From contig CALFYW010000016.1 in assembly GCA_937952265.1 (NCBI GenBank), forward strand, positions 398,661 through 462,660: DNA of 64,000 bases, given 5' to 3'. The stretch comes from an uncultured bacterium. Lineage in GTDB: Bacteria > Patescibacteriota > Minisyncoccia > Phycocordibacterales > GCA-2401445. The position numbers and the translations under genes are program-made. The notes beneath the pieces are model-generated. The model searched no databases. It was not told the origin of the DNA and worked only from the letters and a program-made list of their open reading frames with translations. Positions 1 to 8,855 of the stretch are shown piece after piece. Each line of letters opens with the position of its first letter. The stretch's first letter is position 1.

Positions 1-660
1 TTTATAATCTCCCGGGGTAACAATTGAACCAAACGGGGTTTCAATAATAATTCCCATTGAGTCAGGTATAGTATGGGTAACTGCAAAAAATCGAACAAAA
101 AGATTTCCAATAGGAATGCGAGCGTCTTTTTCAATCGTATGAATTTCCAATTGTTTCAAATGAGGGAATTCTGCCTGTCGTTTTTTTAACATGATTGCCG
201 TCAGGTTGCGGGTATAGATTGGAGGAAATCCGATCCGATCAATGATATAGGGCACTCCACCAATATGATCAAGGTGTCCGTGGGTAATAAATACTGCTTT
301 GATCTTTTCTTTTCTTTCTTCAAGGTAGGTAGTGTTGGGAAGGATATAGTCGATACCAGGAGTTTCTTCTTCTTTAAACTGGAATCCCATATCAATCACG
401 ATAATTTCATCTCGGTATTCTATGGCGGTCATATTTTTGCCGATTTCTTCAACTCCTCCAAGGGGAATAATCCGGATATTCTCTCCAGCAGGTGGAATTG
501 GAGTTGATTTTCTGGGTTCGAGATTTCGCTTGGAGGGAGCGAAGGGTTGTTGTCGTGGTCGCATCGAGCGATTTGTGCGACGGCGTCGCGTTGGGGAGCT
601 ACGACGATCTCCCGTTGCATGTCTTCGGTTTGTCTGCTGATGATGGGTGTGTGGTGTCAT
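1..660 (-). CDS. rnj: Ribonuclease J (5' part; runs off window start)
   Basis: Own translation from ATG at 660: ...IRIIPLGGVEEIGKNMTAIEY...IDMGFQF...FITHGHLDHIGG...TPGDYK, i.e. metallo-beta-lactamase HxHxDH motif and RNase J N-terminal signature; absent from the ORF track because it is truncated. Confidence 0.93.
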   Translation of the reverse strand, partial: MTPHTHHQQTNRRHATGDRRSSPTRRRRTNRSMRPRQQPFAPSKRNLEPRKSTPIPPAGENIRIIPLGGVEEIGKNMTAIEYRDEIIVIDMGFQFKEEETPGIDYILPNTTYLEERKEKIKAVFITHGHLDHIGGVPYIIDRIGFPPIYTRNLTAIMLKKRQAEFPHLKQLEIHTIEKDARIPIGNLFVRFFAVTHTIPDSMGIIIETPFGSIVTPGDYK

Positions 661-710
661 GGTAATTATTTTTTTAACAAAATCTAATAGATACTATTTT
701 ATTTTTTTGA

Positions 711-2468
711 TTATTTTACAAAGATCTTCCAAACCTTCTCGGTATTGGTATACCATTCGTGAACATTGAGGAATCGTTCAGAGGGAATAGTAAGGTGTCC
801 GAGAGAAATGTTTTGGGTTCCTGGTGAGACAAGATAGATGAAATGGGGAACGTAGAGGAAGACCGCGGGCGTATCATTCTGTATTTCTTCGTTGAATTCT
901 TGGTATTTACGCGCGCGCGCTTCTGGATCAAAGGTGATACGGGCGTCTTCCAGGAGTTTGTCCGTGGTGATGTTGGCGTAGAGCGCGATATTAAGACCCG
1001 GATCATTTCGTTGTGAAGAATGCCAGAATGCGAAAAAATCAAGGTCTCTTCCAATGATTTCTCCAAAAAGGAGGGCGTCGTACCGCCGAGGTCTGATGAC
1101 ATTCTGATTGAGGTCGCTGGTATCAAAAACTTTTATCTCGACTGAAGCCCCGATAGCATCCCATGCTTCCTTGAGTATCGTGGCAACTGCTTTTAATTCA
1201 GGAACATTTGACGTTGAGAGCGAGAAGGACAGACGTAGCACTTCGCCACCTTTCTCCTTTTCGCGTATACCAGTCTCTGGATTAAGTTCCCACCCATTAT
1301 CCTCGAGTAGTTCAATTGCTTTTTCTGGATCGTACGCATGGTCACCGTTTTCTTCACCGTTAAGAAGCGCGAGAATACCCGGTGGTATTGGTTGGTTTAA
1401 TGGTTCGCCAAATCCTTTAAGCACTTCTTCCACAATATGTTCTCGGTCTACGGAAACCTCAAGCGCTTCCCGTACTGATTGGTCCGCAAAGAGAGGAGCT
1501 TGATTTTGATTGAAAAATACTCCAAAGATACGCGGAAGCGGGACGGTGATACCAACCGTATTTAGATTTTCTTCAATGAGGGTGACCGCATGTTCAGGGA
1601 GAATACTATTAATATGTGCTATTTTTTTATTCTGATATGCCTCAATCAATGCTTGCTCGTTAGTGTAGAAAGAGATATTCAGATTGCTGATATAGGGAGC
1701 CCCAAGCGCGTAGTCTTTAAATGAAGCGAGGGAGTAGGTATCTGGGACGCCAGACGCGTTTCTGCGAATTTTTTTTATTTTGTATGGACCTGATCCGATG
1801 GGTTCAATATTGTATTGGCTAAACTGAAATTCTTCAGCGCCGGCATTTTGCCAGATATGCTTGGGGAGAATACCGAGAGTGGCATTCTCGAGAAAAGGTG
1901 CGTAAGGTTGTGAGAGAAGAATGCGGACCACACGATCAGATATCTTCTCAGCAACGACCCCTTCCCAGTTAGCGCGTTTGGGGCTTCGGAGTGCCTGGTC
2001 TTGGGCGCGAGTGATCGTAAAGACGACATCATCAGCGGTTACTCGGCGTCCGTCATGAAAAACCACGTCATCGCGAAGGATAAAGGTATACGAGAGATGA
2101 TCTTCCGCAATAGTTACTGATTCTGCAATATCCGGAATGAGTCCTCCTTCAGGTGTCGCTTTCATTAATCCTGAATAAATAAGTTGGGTGAGGTCTCGAT
2201 CCGCGTCTGAAAGAGCAAGGAGTGGGTTAATAAAGCGCGGAGATCCAATGACGCCCTCAGTAACAGTTCCGCCTTTGACTGGAACCGCGACGCTGAAAAA
2301 GGTATTCACTTGTCCAACCAGCGCGAGCGCGCTTATTGAAAGACCTAAGAAAAACATGCCAAAAATAAGGCGTTCAGTAAACGAGAATGAAGCCACAATA
2401 GTGTTGATTTGTTTTGATTTTGGGATTGAATAGTGTTTCCCAAAAAGCTGCGCAATCTTTGCTTTCAC
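711..2468 (-). CDS. ABC transporter substrate-binding protein, family 5 (OppA/DppA-like), with N-terminal TM anchor
   Basis: Motifs LIYSGLMK, FILRDDVVFHDGRRVTADDVVFT, PIGSGPYK, VREALEVSVDRE; hydrophobic N-terminal segment. Confidence 0.9.
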   Translation of the reverse strand: MKAKIAQLFGKHYSIPKSKQINTIVASFSFTERLIFGMFFLGLSISALALVGQVNTFFSVAVPVKGGTVTEGVIGSPRFINPLLALSDADRDLTQLIYSGLMKATPEGGLIPDIAESVTIAEDHLSYTFILRDDVVFHDGRRVTADDVVFTITRAQDQALRSPKRANWEGVVAEKISDRVVRILLSQPYAPFLENATLGILPKHIWQNAGAEEFQFSQYNIEPIGSGPYKIKKIRRNASGVPDTYSLASFKDYALGAPYISNLNISFYTNEQALIEAYQNKKIAHINSILPEHAVTLIEENLNTVGITVPLPRIFGVFFNQNQAPLFADQSVREALEVSVDREHIVEEVLKGFGEPLNQPIPPGILALLNGEENGDHAYDPEKAIELLEDNGWELNPETGIREKEKGGEVLRLSFSLSTSNVPELKAVATILKEAWDAIGASVEIKVFDTSDLNQNVIRPRRYDALLFGEIIGRDLDFFAFWHSSQRNDPGLNIALYANITTDKLLEDARITFDPEARARKYQEFNEEIQNDTPAVFLYVPHFIYLVSPGTQNISLGHLTIPSERFLNVHEWYTNTEKVWKIFVK

Positions 2469-2562
2469 AGTAGTCGAGGTGTATCGCGGTGAAAATGGAG
2501 CCTGCTCCGTATCACGGCGGTTTTTGTTATATGATTAATTTTGATTTTTCTTTTGGAGGTTT

Positions 2563-2793
2563 TTAGAGAATAAGTGCGAGAAAAGCCGATAGTGCGAAAA
2601 GTACGCCAAGAATAATAGTGACATTAAATAATGTTTTTTCAAGCCCTCGTCTGGTTGCGGGAGCTCCGCTACCATCACTTCCGCCAAATGCGCCACCGGC
2701 ACCGGTTCCTGTCTGCTGCAACAATATGGTCGTAATAATAAGAAGTGAGAGGATAATTTGTACGTACGGAAGTATCCCGCGAACAATCTCCAT
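2563..2793 (-). CDS. secG: Preprotein translocase subunit SecG
   Basis: Two TM helices, ILLQQTGTGAGGAFGG and TRRGLEKTLF motifs; start reassigned to ATG at 2793. Confidence 0.9.
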   Translation of the reverse strand: MEIVRGILPYVQIILSLLIITTILLQQTGTGAGGAFGGSDGSGAPATRRGLEKTLFNVTIILGVLFALSAFLALIL

Positions 2794-2966
2794 TGGAGGA
2801 ATAATAGCACGGGAATAAGATAATGCAAATCTTGACATATTTTCTATACTTTTATCCTCTAAAATCTCATTTCCAGAAATGTGGTAGCGTGGAATGCGCC
2901 ACCATTGTTTTGTGCTCAATACCTATCTCTAGCCCAAATGAGGAGGTTTTTATGGATACAATCGTA

Positions 2967-2994
2967 TTGACATTTTCAATTTACTTAGTACAAT
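2967..2994 (+). promoter_or_regulatory. Sigma70-type promoter upstream of groES
   Basis: TTGACA (2967-2972), 16 nt, TACAAT (2989-2994); no CIRCE inverted repeat seen. Confidence 0.6.
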
Positions 2995-3037
2995 ACCACA
3001 CACAACGTAGCATTATCAGCCTTAAAAAGTTTAGCGT

Positions 3038-3418
3038 ATGGCTATCAAAAGAAAAAAGACAGTGATGAAAAAGAAGAAATCAGCACCTTCTAAGAAAAGT
3101 GGGATATCTCATGCCCAACCCGCACGAAAAGGAGTTATTCCTCTTGGAGACCGGATTCTTATTGAAGAAATAAAAAAGGAAGAGAGTGAGAAGCGTGTTG
3201 CGGGTATTATCATTCCTGCAACCGTAAAAGAGGATCGCGAAACAAAGCGAGGGCGAGTGGTCGCGGTTGGCGAAGGGAAGGTGGTTGATGGTACTCGTGT
3301 TCCCGTAGAAGTTATGCGTGGAGACACAGTGCTCTTTCAGTGGGGAGACCAGTTGGTGATTGATGATAAAGAGTATTATATTGTCAGCGAATCAAGTATT
3401 TTAGCAGTCATTAGGTAA
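3038..3418 (+). CDS. groES: Co-chaperonin GroES (start may be ATG 3065)
   Basis: PLGDRILIE, GIIIPATVKE, GRVVAVGEG, SESSILAVI; directly upstream of groEL. Confidence 0.95.
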   Translation: MAIKRKKTVMKKKKSAPSKKSGISHAQPARKGVIPLGDRILIEEIKKEESEKRVAGIIIPATVKEDRETKRGRVVAVGEGKVVDGTRVPVEVMRGDTVLFQWGDQLVIDDKEYYIVSESSILAVIR

Positions 3419-3437
3419 CATTTTGATGTTTTAAGAT

Positions 3438-5078
3438 ATGAGTAAACAAATCTATTACAATGAAGAAGCTCGGAAAGCGCTTAAGCGGGGTATTGATGCG
3501 GTAGCGCATGCCGTAAAGGTAACCATCGGACCTCGTGGGCGTAATGTGGTACTAGATAAAGGCTATGGTGCCCCTACAATTACCAATGATGGCGTTTCTA
3601 TCGCAAAAGATATCTCGCTCAAGGATAAGTTTGAAAATATGGGGGCTGAGATTATTAAGGAGGTTGCAAATAAGACGAACGATACTGCAGGAGACGGAAC
3701 AACGACCTCAGTAATCTTAACGCAAGCGATGGTTGTAGAAGGATTGCGACACACAACCATGGGAGTTAATGCCATGGGAATTCGTCTTGGTATCGAAAAA
3801 GCAGCTTTGGCAGTAGTTGATGCTTTGAAGAAAATTGCAAAGCCAATGAAAGGCAAAGATGAGATAAAACATGTTGCCACTATTTCTGCGGAATCAGAGT
3901 CTATCGGATCAATTATTGCAGAGACGATTGAGAAGGTTGGTAAAGATGGAGTTGTGACGGTTGAAGAATCGCAGTCATTTGGCGTTGAGTCTGAGGTAGT
4001 AGAAGGACTTGAATTTGATAAAGGATATGTCTCACCGTATATGATTACCGATGGTGAGCGCATGGAGGCTGTATATAAAGATGTAGCGATCCTTATTACC
4101 GATAAAAAAGTTTCAGTAATTAAGGAAGTACTTCCTCTTCTTGAGAAACTTGCGCAAAGTGGAAAGAAAGAATTGGTAATTATTGCGGAGGATGTTGATG
4201 GAGAAGCACTAACGACCTTTGTGCTCAATAAGCTTCGAGGCGCATTCCATGTATTAGCTGTTAAAGCTCCAGGATATGGTGATCGCAAGAAAGAATTGCT
4301 TCAGGATATTGCGGTAACCGTTGGCGCAAAAGTGGTATCTGAGGACCTTGGATTAAAACTAGAGACCGCTGACGTGGATGTGCTTGGAAAAGCAATGAAG
4401 ATTGTCTCAAGTAAAGATAATACCGTTATCGTCGGCGGTAAGGGACAAAAAGCCGCGATTGATGAGCGGGTTAAACAGTTAAAGAAGCAAAAAGAGCAAA
4501 GTGACTCGAAATTTGATCGTGAAAAATTTGAAGAGCGAATCGCAAAACTTTCAGGTGGTGTCGCCGTGATTCGAGTTGGGGCTGCGACTGAAACTGAAAT
4601 GAAATATCTTAAATTGAAAATTGAGGATGCAGTAAACGCAACCAAAGCCGCGATCGAAGAAGGCATTGTTCCTGGTGGCGGTAGTGCTTTGATTCGTGCA
4701 GCACACAAGGTTTCAAGTGCATCAGGAGCTTCTCGAAGTCGAGAAGAAGAGGTTGGGTTTGAAATTGTGCTTAAAGCACTCGAAGCCCCACTACGCCAAA
4801 TTGCCGTGAATGCTGGCAAGGATGATGGCTCAGTGATTGTCGAAAAGGTGAAAGAGCTCGGAGATAATGGTGGCTATGATGCAAACAAGGATGTATTAGT
4901 CGATGATATGCTTAAAGAAGGTATTATTGATCCGGTAAAAGTAACTCGCAGTTCTGTTGAAAACGCTGCTTCTGCTGCCGCAATGCTACTTACTACCGAG
5001 GTCGCTATTACGGATGAACCAAAAGAAGAGAAGGATACCCCACCGGTTCCAGGTGGCGGTATGGGTATGGACTACTAA
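3438..5078 (+). CDS. groEL: Chaperonin GroEL
   Basis: TIGPRGRNV, ITNDGVSIAK, AGDGTTT, GIVPGGG, C-terminal GGMGM tail. Confidence 0.99.
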   Translation: MSKQIYYNEEARKALKRGIDAVAHAVKVTIGPRGRNVVLDKGYGAPTITNDGVSIAKDISLKDKFENMGAEIIKEVANKTNDTAGDGTTTSVILTQAMVVEGLRHTTMGVNAMGIRLGIEKAALAVVDALKKIAKPMKGKDEIKHVATISAESESIGSIIAETIEKVGKDGVVTVEESQSFGVESEVVEGLEFDKGYVSPYMITDGERMEAVYKDVAILITDKKVSVIKEVLPLLEKLAQSGKKELVIIAEDVDGEALTTFVLNKLRGAFHVLAVKAPGYGDRKKELLQDIAVTVGAKVVSEDLGLKLETADVDVLGKAMKIVSSKDNTVIVGGKGQKAAIDERVKQLKKQKEQSDSKFDREKFEERIAKLSGGVAVIRVGAATETEMKYLKLKIEDAVNATKAAIEEGIVPGGGSALIRAAHKVSSASGASRSREEEVGFEIVLKALEAPLRQIAVNAGKDDGSVIVEKVKELGDNGGYDANKDVLVDDMLKEGIIDPVKVTRSSVENAASAAAMLLTTEVAITDEPKEEKDTPPVPGGGMGMDY

Positions 5079-5106
5079 TAATTTACTTTGGTTAGAATGT
5101 GGAAAA

Positions 5107-5143
5107 TAAAAACCCCTAGCTGAGAAACTCAGTTAGGGGTTTT
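5107..5143. terminator. Bidirectional intrinsic terminator between groEL and the convergent orphan gene
   Basis: AAAACCCCTAGCTGAG-AAA-CTCAGTTAGGGGTTTT stem with A/T tails on both sides. Confidence 0.85.
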
Positions 5144-5158
5144 GCTTACCACTCACTA

Positions 5159-5611
5159 CTATTCAAGTGAGTATGTTCGATTGGTAGGTGCCAGGAAAGG
5201 GATTTCATTGATACGCACTGCCCGAGCCTTTGCGTACCCCCGTTGTGCCAGCTCTTCCGCTGAATTTTCAGCGTAAGTGATGATTCGGATACGGGATGGG
5301 TCTGAGGTGAGCGGTTGTATCGTAGCGGCAAAAAAGTATCCGTTGGTACGAAACCCGTGATCTCTTGTTGCTCTGGCAGTGAGCGTAACTGCTTCAAGGG
5401 AGTGGTTTTTCGATCCTGCGAGATCAGAGAAACTTCTCTCCAGGTGAATCAGTCCGTCGAGAATTTTTGCTTGATCAGAGGCAAATTCCGAACTGATGAT
5501 AGCGGTTCGGTTTATTTGGGGCTCCAGTGCTCTGTGATGTTCTTTTCTGAACACCATTGCTCCAATGGTGAGTACACATACGGTATAAGGCACGAGAAAA
5601 GATCTTGTCAT
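5159..5611 (-). CDS. Hypothetical protein (150 aa)
   Basis: ORF with AAGGA SD, TTGACA-16-TACAAT promoter (5663-5636, minus strand) and the shared terminator; no recognisable motif. Confidence 0.6.
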   Translation of the reverse strand: MTRSFLVPYTVCVLTIGAMVFRKEHHRALEPQINRTAIISSEFASDQAKILDGLIHLERSFSDLAGSKNHSLEAVTLTARATRDHGFRTNGYFFAATIQPLTSDPSRIRIITYAENSAEELAQRGYAKARAVRINEIPFLAPTNRTYSLE

Positions 5612-5720
5612 AAAAATTCCTTTCGTCTAGTCTGGATTGTACCGAGATCTCCATCTTTGTCAAACAAAAAAGTTCGTGGTAAAATATACCCGCTTATTAG
5701 CCTAATCATTTGCTATTTCT

Positions 5721-6281
5721 ATGAGCATAGTTTTATACATTGTTTTAGGTGTTGCGGTGGTCGGAGTATTTTGGATCATTGCGGCATATAACGGATTTGT
5801 GCGATTAGTTAATCGTTCAAAAGAAGCATGGGCAGATATTGATGTTCAGCTTAAGCGCCGATATGACCTCATTCCCAATCTGGTGAATACAGTTAAAGGG
5901 TATGCAGCACATGAAGCAGGGACATTCGAGAAGGTCACTGAAGCACGCACGCGCGCAATGCAGGCAGGAAATGTACATGATAAAGAACAAGCGGAGAATA
6001 TGCTCACGGGAGCGTTGAAATCACTATTTGCGGTTGCGGAAAGCTACCCAGATCTTAAGGCAAATCAGAATTTTTTGGAGCTCCAGCGCGAGCTTTCTGA
6101 CACTGAAAATAAGATCCAAGCTGCCCGCCGTTTTTACAATGGCAATGTGAGAGACCTCAATACTAAGATTGAGACTTTCCCCTCAAATATTGTTGCTGGA
6201 ATGTTTCGCTTTGATAAACGTGACTTTTTCGAACTTGAAGAAGGTGGGGAAGCACGTGAAGCAGTTCAGGTTAACTTCTAA
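5721..6281 (+). CDS. lemA: LemA family protein
   Basis: N-terminal TM, WADIDVQLKRRYDLIPNLVNTVKGYA, YPDLKANQNF, ARRFYN. Confidence 0.96.
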   Translation: MSIVLYIVLGVAVVGVFWIIAAYNGFVRLVNRSKEAWADIDVQLKRRYDLIPNLVNTVKGYAAHEAGTFEKVTEARTRAMQAGNVHDKEQAENMLTGALKSLFAVAESYPDLKANQNFLELQRELSDTENKIQAARRFYNGNVRDLNTKIETFPSNIVAGMFRFDKRDFFELEEGGEAREAVQVNF

Positions 6282-6308
6282 GCTTCTCTTCGGTGGTAGA
6301 GACTTTAT

Positions 6309-7217
6309 ATGGCAACTTTATACACCCACCAAGATCAAAATATTCGGAAAACATGGGTACTCATGACGCTTTTCCTCGTGAGCGTGATTGGGATTGGGTG
6401 GGCATTTAGCTTTGTGCTCGACAATGTATTCATTCTTTATGTCGCCGTGGCGGTGAGTATCCTCATGAACATATGGAGTTATTGGTATTCGGACAAGATT
6501 GTCTTAGCAATTGCCGGAGGAAAGCAGGTAAGTCGCGAGGCATATCCTGATCTTTGGAATATCACGGAGAATCTCGCAATTACTGCTGGTCTGCCAATGC
6601 CCAAGCTCTATCTTATTCATGATGACGCACCTAACGCGTTTGCAACCGGAAGAGACAAAACGCATGCGGCAGTCGCGGTTACAACAGGGCTTCTCTCAAT
6701 GCTTGATCGTAGCGAGATTGAGGGGGTGATTGCGCACGAACTCGCCCATATTGGTAATCGAGACATTTTATTAACCACTATCGTGGTAATTTTGGTCGGG
6801 TTTGTAACCTTGCTGTCAGATTTCTTCCTACGCATGACTTTTTATGGACATGGCGGTGGACGTGATCGTGACGGGAGAGTACAGATGATTCTACTGCTTA
6901 TTGGCATTGTGCTCGCGATTGTGGCTCCACTCGTAGCGATGGTTATACAACTTGCGATTTCAAGAAAACGTGAATTCTTGGCTGATGCGAGCGGCGCGCT
7001 ATTAACTCGCTATCCCGAAGGTTTAGCACGCGCGCTTGAGAAGATCTTTTCATATACTCAAGACTTGAAGCGCGCGAATCATGCAACCGCGCATCTCTAT
7101 ATTGCGAACCCTTTTAATTCGCAAAAAAGTCGCCGAGGATTTTTTACGAAACTTTTTATGACGCATCCTCCGGTTGAAGAGCGGATTGCCGCGCTTCGCG
7201 GCAGGAGAGAGGTATAA
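6309..7217 (+). CDS. htpX: Zinc metalloprotease HtpX (M48)
   Basis: PNAFATG, HELAH (HExxH), SRKREFLAD, THPPVEERI; usual lemA-htpX pairing. Confidence 0.95.
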   Translation: MATLYTHQDQNIRKTWVLMTLFLVSVIGIGWAFSFVLDNVFILYVAVAVSILMNIWSYWYSDKIVLAIAGGKQVSREAYPDLWNITENLAITAGLPMPKLYLIHDDAPNAFATGRDKTHAAVAVTTGLLSMLDRSEIEGVIAHELAHIGNRDILLTTIVVILVGFVTLLSDFFLRMTFYGHGGGRDRDGRVQMILLLIGIVLAIVAPLVAMVIQLAISRKREFLADASGALLTRYPEGLARALEKIFSYTQDLKRANHATAHLYIANPFNSQKSRRGFFTKLFMTHPPVEERIAALRGRREV

Positions 7218-7227
7218 GAGTTATCAC

Positions 7228-7312
7228 GGAGGGTTCGCATAGTGGTCGAGTGCGCTCGCTTGGAGAGCGAGTAAGGGTTACACCTTCGAGGGTTCGAATC
7301 CCTCACCCTCCG
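7228..7312 (+). tRNA. tRNA-Ser (GGA)
   Basis: GGAGGGT/ACCCTCC acceptor stem, anticodon arm CTCGC-TTGGAGA-GCGAG, long variable arm, GGTTCGAATCC T-loop; CCA not encoded. Confidence 0.95.
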
Positions 7313-7560
7313 CAAATCGTAACTTCGCGTTCTGACAGTGCGGTCGCGCGCCGTGATGGGCGCACGGCGCGCGACAATTTTCCTCGCCGCTTCGCGGCGA
7401 AATGGCTCGGCGGGGTGAATTCAAAAAGAGCGGATTTGTCACGAACCCGAGGGTTCGTTCCGATTTTTTGGACGAACGACTTTATTTCATGTAGATTGTC
7501 CGACTTCGCCAAAAAATCGGCCTGTTTCGTCTAAAATCCATGCCTGCAGGGGTTCGACTT
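7303..7560 (-). pseudogene. Probable C-terminal fragment of a site-specific recombinase/integrase
   Basis: Reads VEPLQAWILD / (frameshift) KQADFLAKSDNLHEIKSFVQKIGTNP...EREVTICGG*, with the stop codon inside the tRNA 3' end; resembles, from memory, the tails of tRNA-adjacent serine recombinases of CPR; no catalytic motif present. Confidence 0.45.
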
Positions 7561-7852
7561 TTGAACGCGGCGAACAAAGCAACCTACGCCAACAAGGAAG
7601 CGCCGAAAGTCGCGCCCTCCCGCCTCAAATCCGAGGACTATCATTTTGAACAGGACGGCTTGATATATCACGATACCTATTTTGGCGGGCGCGACTTTAT
7701 CGGCGGAGAAATCGTATATGAAAGCGAAAAGCCGGTCTGGGGTGCAAATTATTTCGGCTTCGTGCTAGACGAAAATATTAGCGAGAAAGATGTATACGAT
7801 TTTTTGCGTAGTGCGCTTATGCAGGAATATGACGATGTTATTCCCGTGCGCG
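7560..7852 (+). pseudogene. DUF5680-like protein fragment
   Basis: NKATYA...SRLKSEDY...YHDTYFGGRDFIGGEIVY...PVWGANYFG...YDFLRSAL; lacks a credible start, and the frame runs on into non-coding-looking GC-rich sequence. Confidence 0.6.
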
Positions 7853-8425
7853 CACTGGGTGGGAGGGGCAAGCACAATACCAATTTTGTATCTTGCCATT
7901 CATTCTTGATAAAATGGTATGGCAAGATTCTTTTTTTGGAGCCGCATTTTTTCGCCGAAACGCATTCAAGCGAGGGCGCGGCGGGAGGAGGGGGATGGGG
8001 GGAGGAATCCCGCCGCGCCCGAGCTTCCCGCCGGAGCGAAGCGGAGGCGGGTCAGTTCCCTTCAAAAAAGGTTCGTGCAAAGTGTAATATTTCACCGCAA
8101 TGATTCACGAAGGACAGCCTTGAGGCTGTCCGAGTGAAGCATCATTGCGAGACGGGCAAGGAGATGAGAAAGACGGAGCGAATACCGAGCCAGCAGGCGA
8201 GGTCGCGAGTCGGGGTCGCAGAAATTTCCGAGTGACGACGAGGAAATTATCAGTGACCGAATCCCTGCCGGCAGGCAAGCTTCACCCTCCGCAAAATAAT
8301 GAAGCGAAATATATTTTGCGAGACGTTAGTCTTAAACAATTCGTTCTTGACCCCAAAGACGCTAAGCGCGGGGGTTGAGGAAATGATCGAAAGTAAATCA
8401 CAGGTTATTAATAATCAACAAATTT

Positions 8426-8845
8426 ATGAATAACATGATCACCATTCAGACAACCGTCAAAGCTCCTATTGAAAAGGTGTGGGAGTGTTGGACAAAGCCC
8501 GATCACATTTCCATGTGGGCGGCGAGTGGCGATTGGGAAGCAATCGCTAAAAGCAATGACTTACGCGTTGGCGGTACGTTTAACACGCGCATGCAAGCAA
8601 AAGACGGCAGTGCCGGCTTTGATTTTATTGGCGAGTACACCGCTGTTGTTCCTCATGAGCGTATCGAGTACACCATGGATGATGGTCGTAAGGTAAAGGT
8701 GGTGTTTGAGACAGAGTCAAAAGGAGTAAAAATTGTTGAAAGTTTTGAAGCTGAGAAAGAGAATTCAGAAAAGGTACAAAGAGATGGTTGGCAAGGGATA
8801 CTTGATAGTTTTAAGACGTATGCTGAAAAGGCAATTAAAAAATAA
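8426..8845 (+). CDS. SRPBCC/AHSA1-like (START-fold) protein
   Basis: APIEKVWECWTKPDHI, DLRVGG, RMQAKDGSAGFDF, QRDGWQGILDSFK. Confidence 0.9.
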   Translation: MNNMITIQTTVKAPIEKVWECWTKPDHISMWAASGDWEAIAKSNDLRVGGTFNTRMQAKDGSAGFDFIGEYTAVVPHERIEYTMDDGRKVKVVFETESKGVKIVESFEAEKENSEKVQRDGWQGILDSFKTYAEKAIKK

Positions 8846-8855
8846 GTAACAATAT

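Larger units (their letters stand above)
7295..8295. mobile_element. Decayed integrative element remnant at the tRNA-Ser 3' end
   Basis: tRNA 3' sequence CGAATCCC-TCACCCTCCGCAAA (7295-7316) recurs at 8258-8295 with a 16-nt insert; the interior is visibly GC-richer and contains only gene fragments. Confidence 0.7.

Noticed and set aside
3563-4819. Long antisense ORFs opposite groEL (241 and 172 aa), and similar shadow ORFs opposite other genes
   Set aside because: Typical antisense shadows of conserved genes; no motifs or expression signals
7540-8378. ORF-track proteins 7540-8103, 7838-8095, 7893-8087, 7919-8137 and 8145-8378 as real genes
   Set aside because: Apart from the DUF5680-like stretch they are low-complexity translations of GC-rich hairpin DNA without start signals
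8340-8400. Riboswitch upstream of the SRPBCC gene (hairpin CTTGACCCC...GGGGGTTGAGG)
   Set aside because: No recognisable aptamer consensus; a single hairpin only
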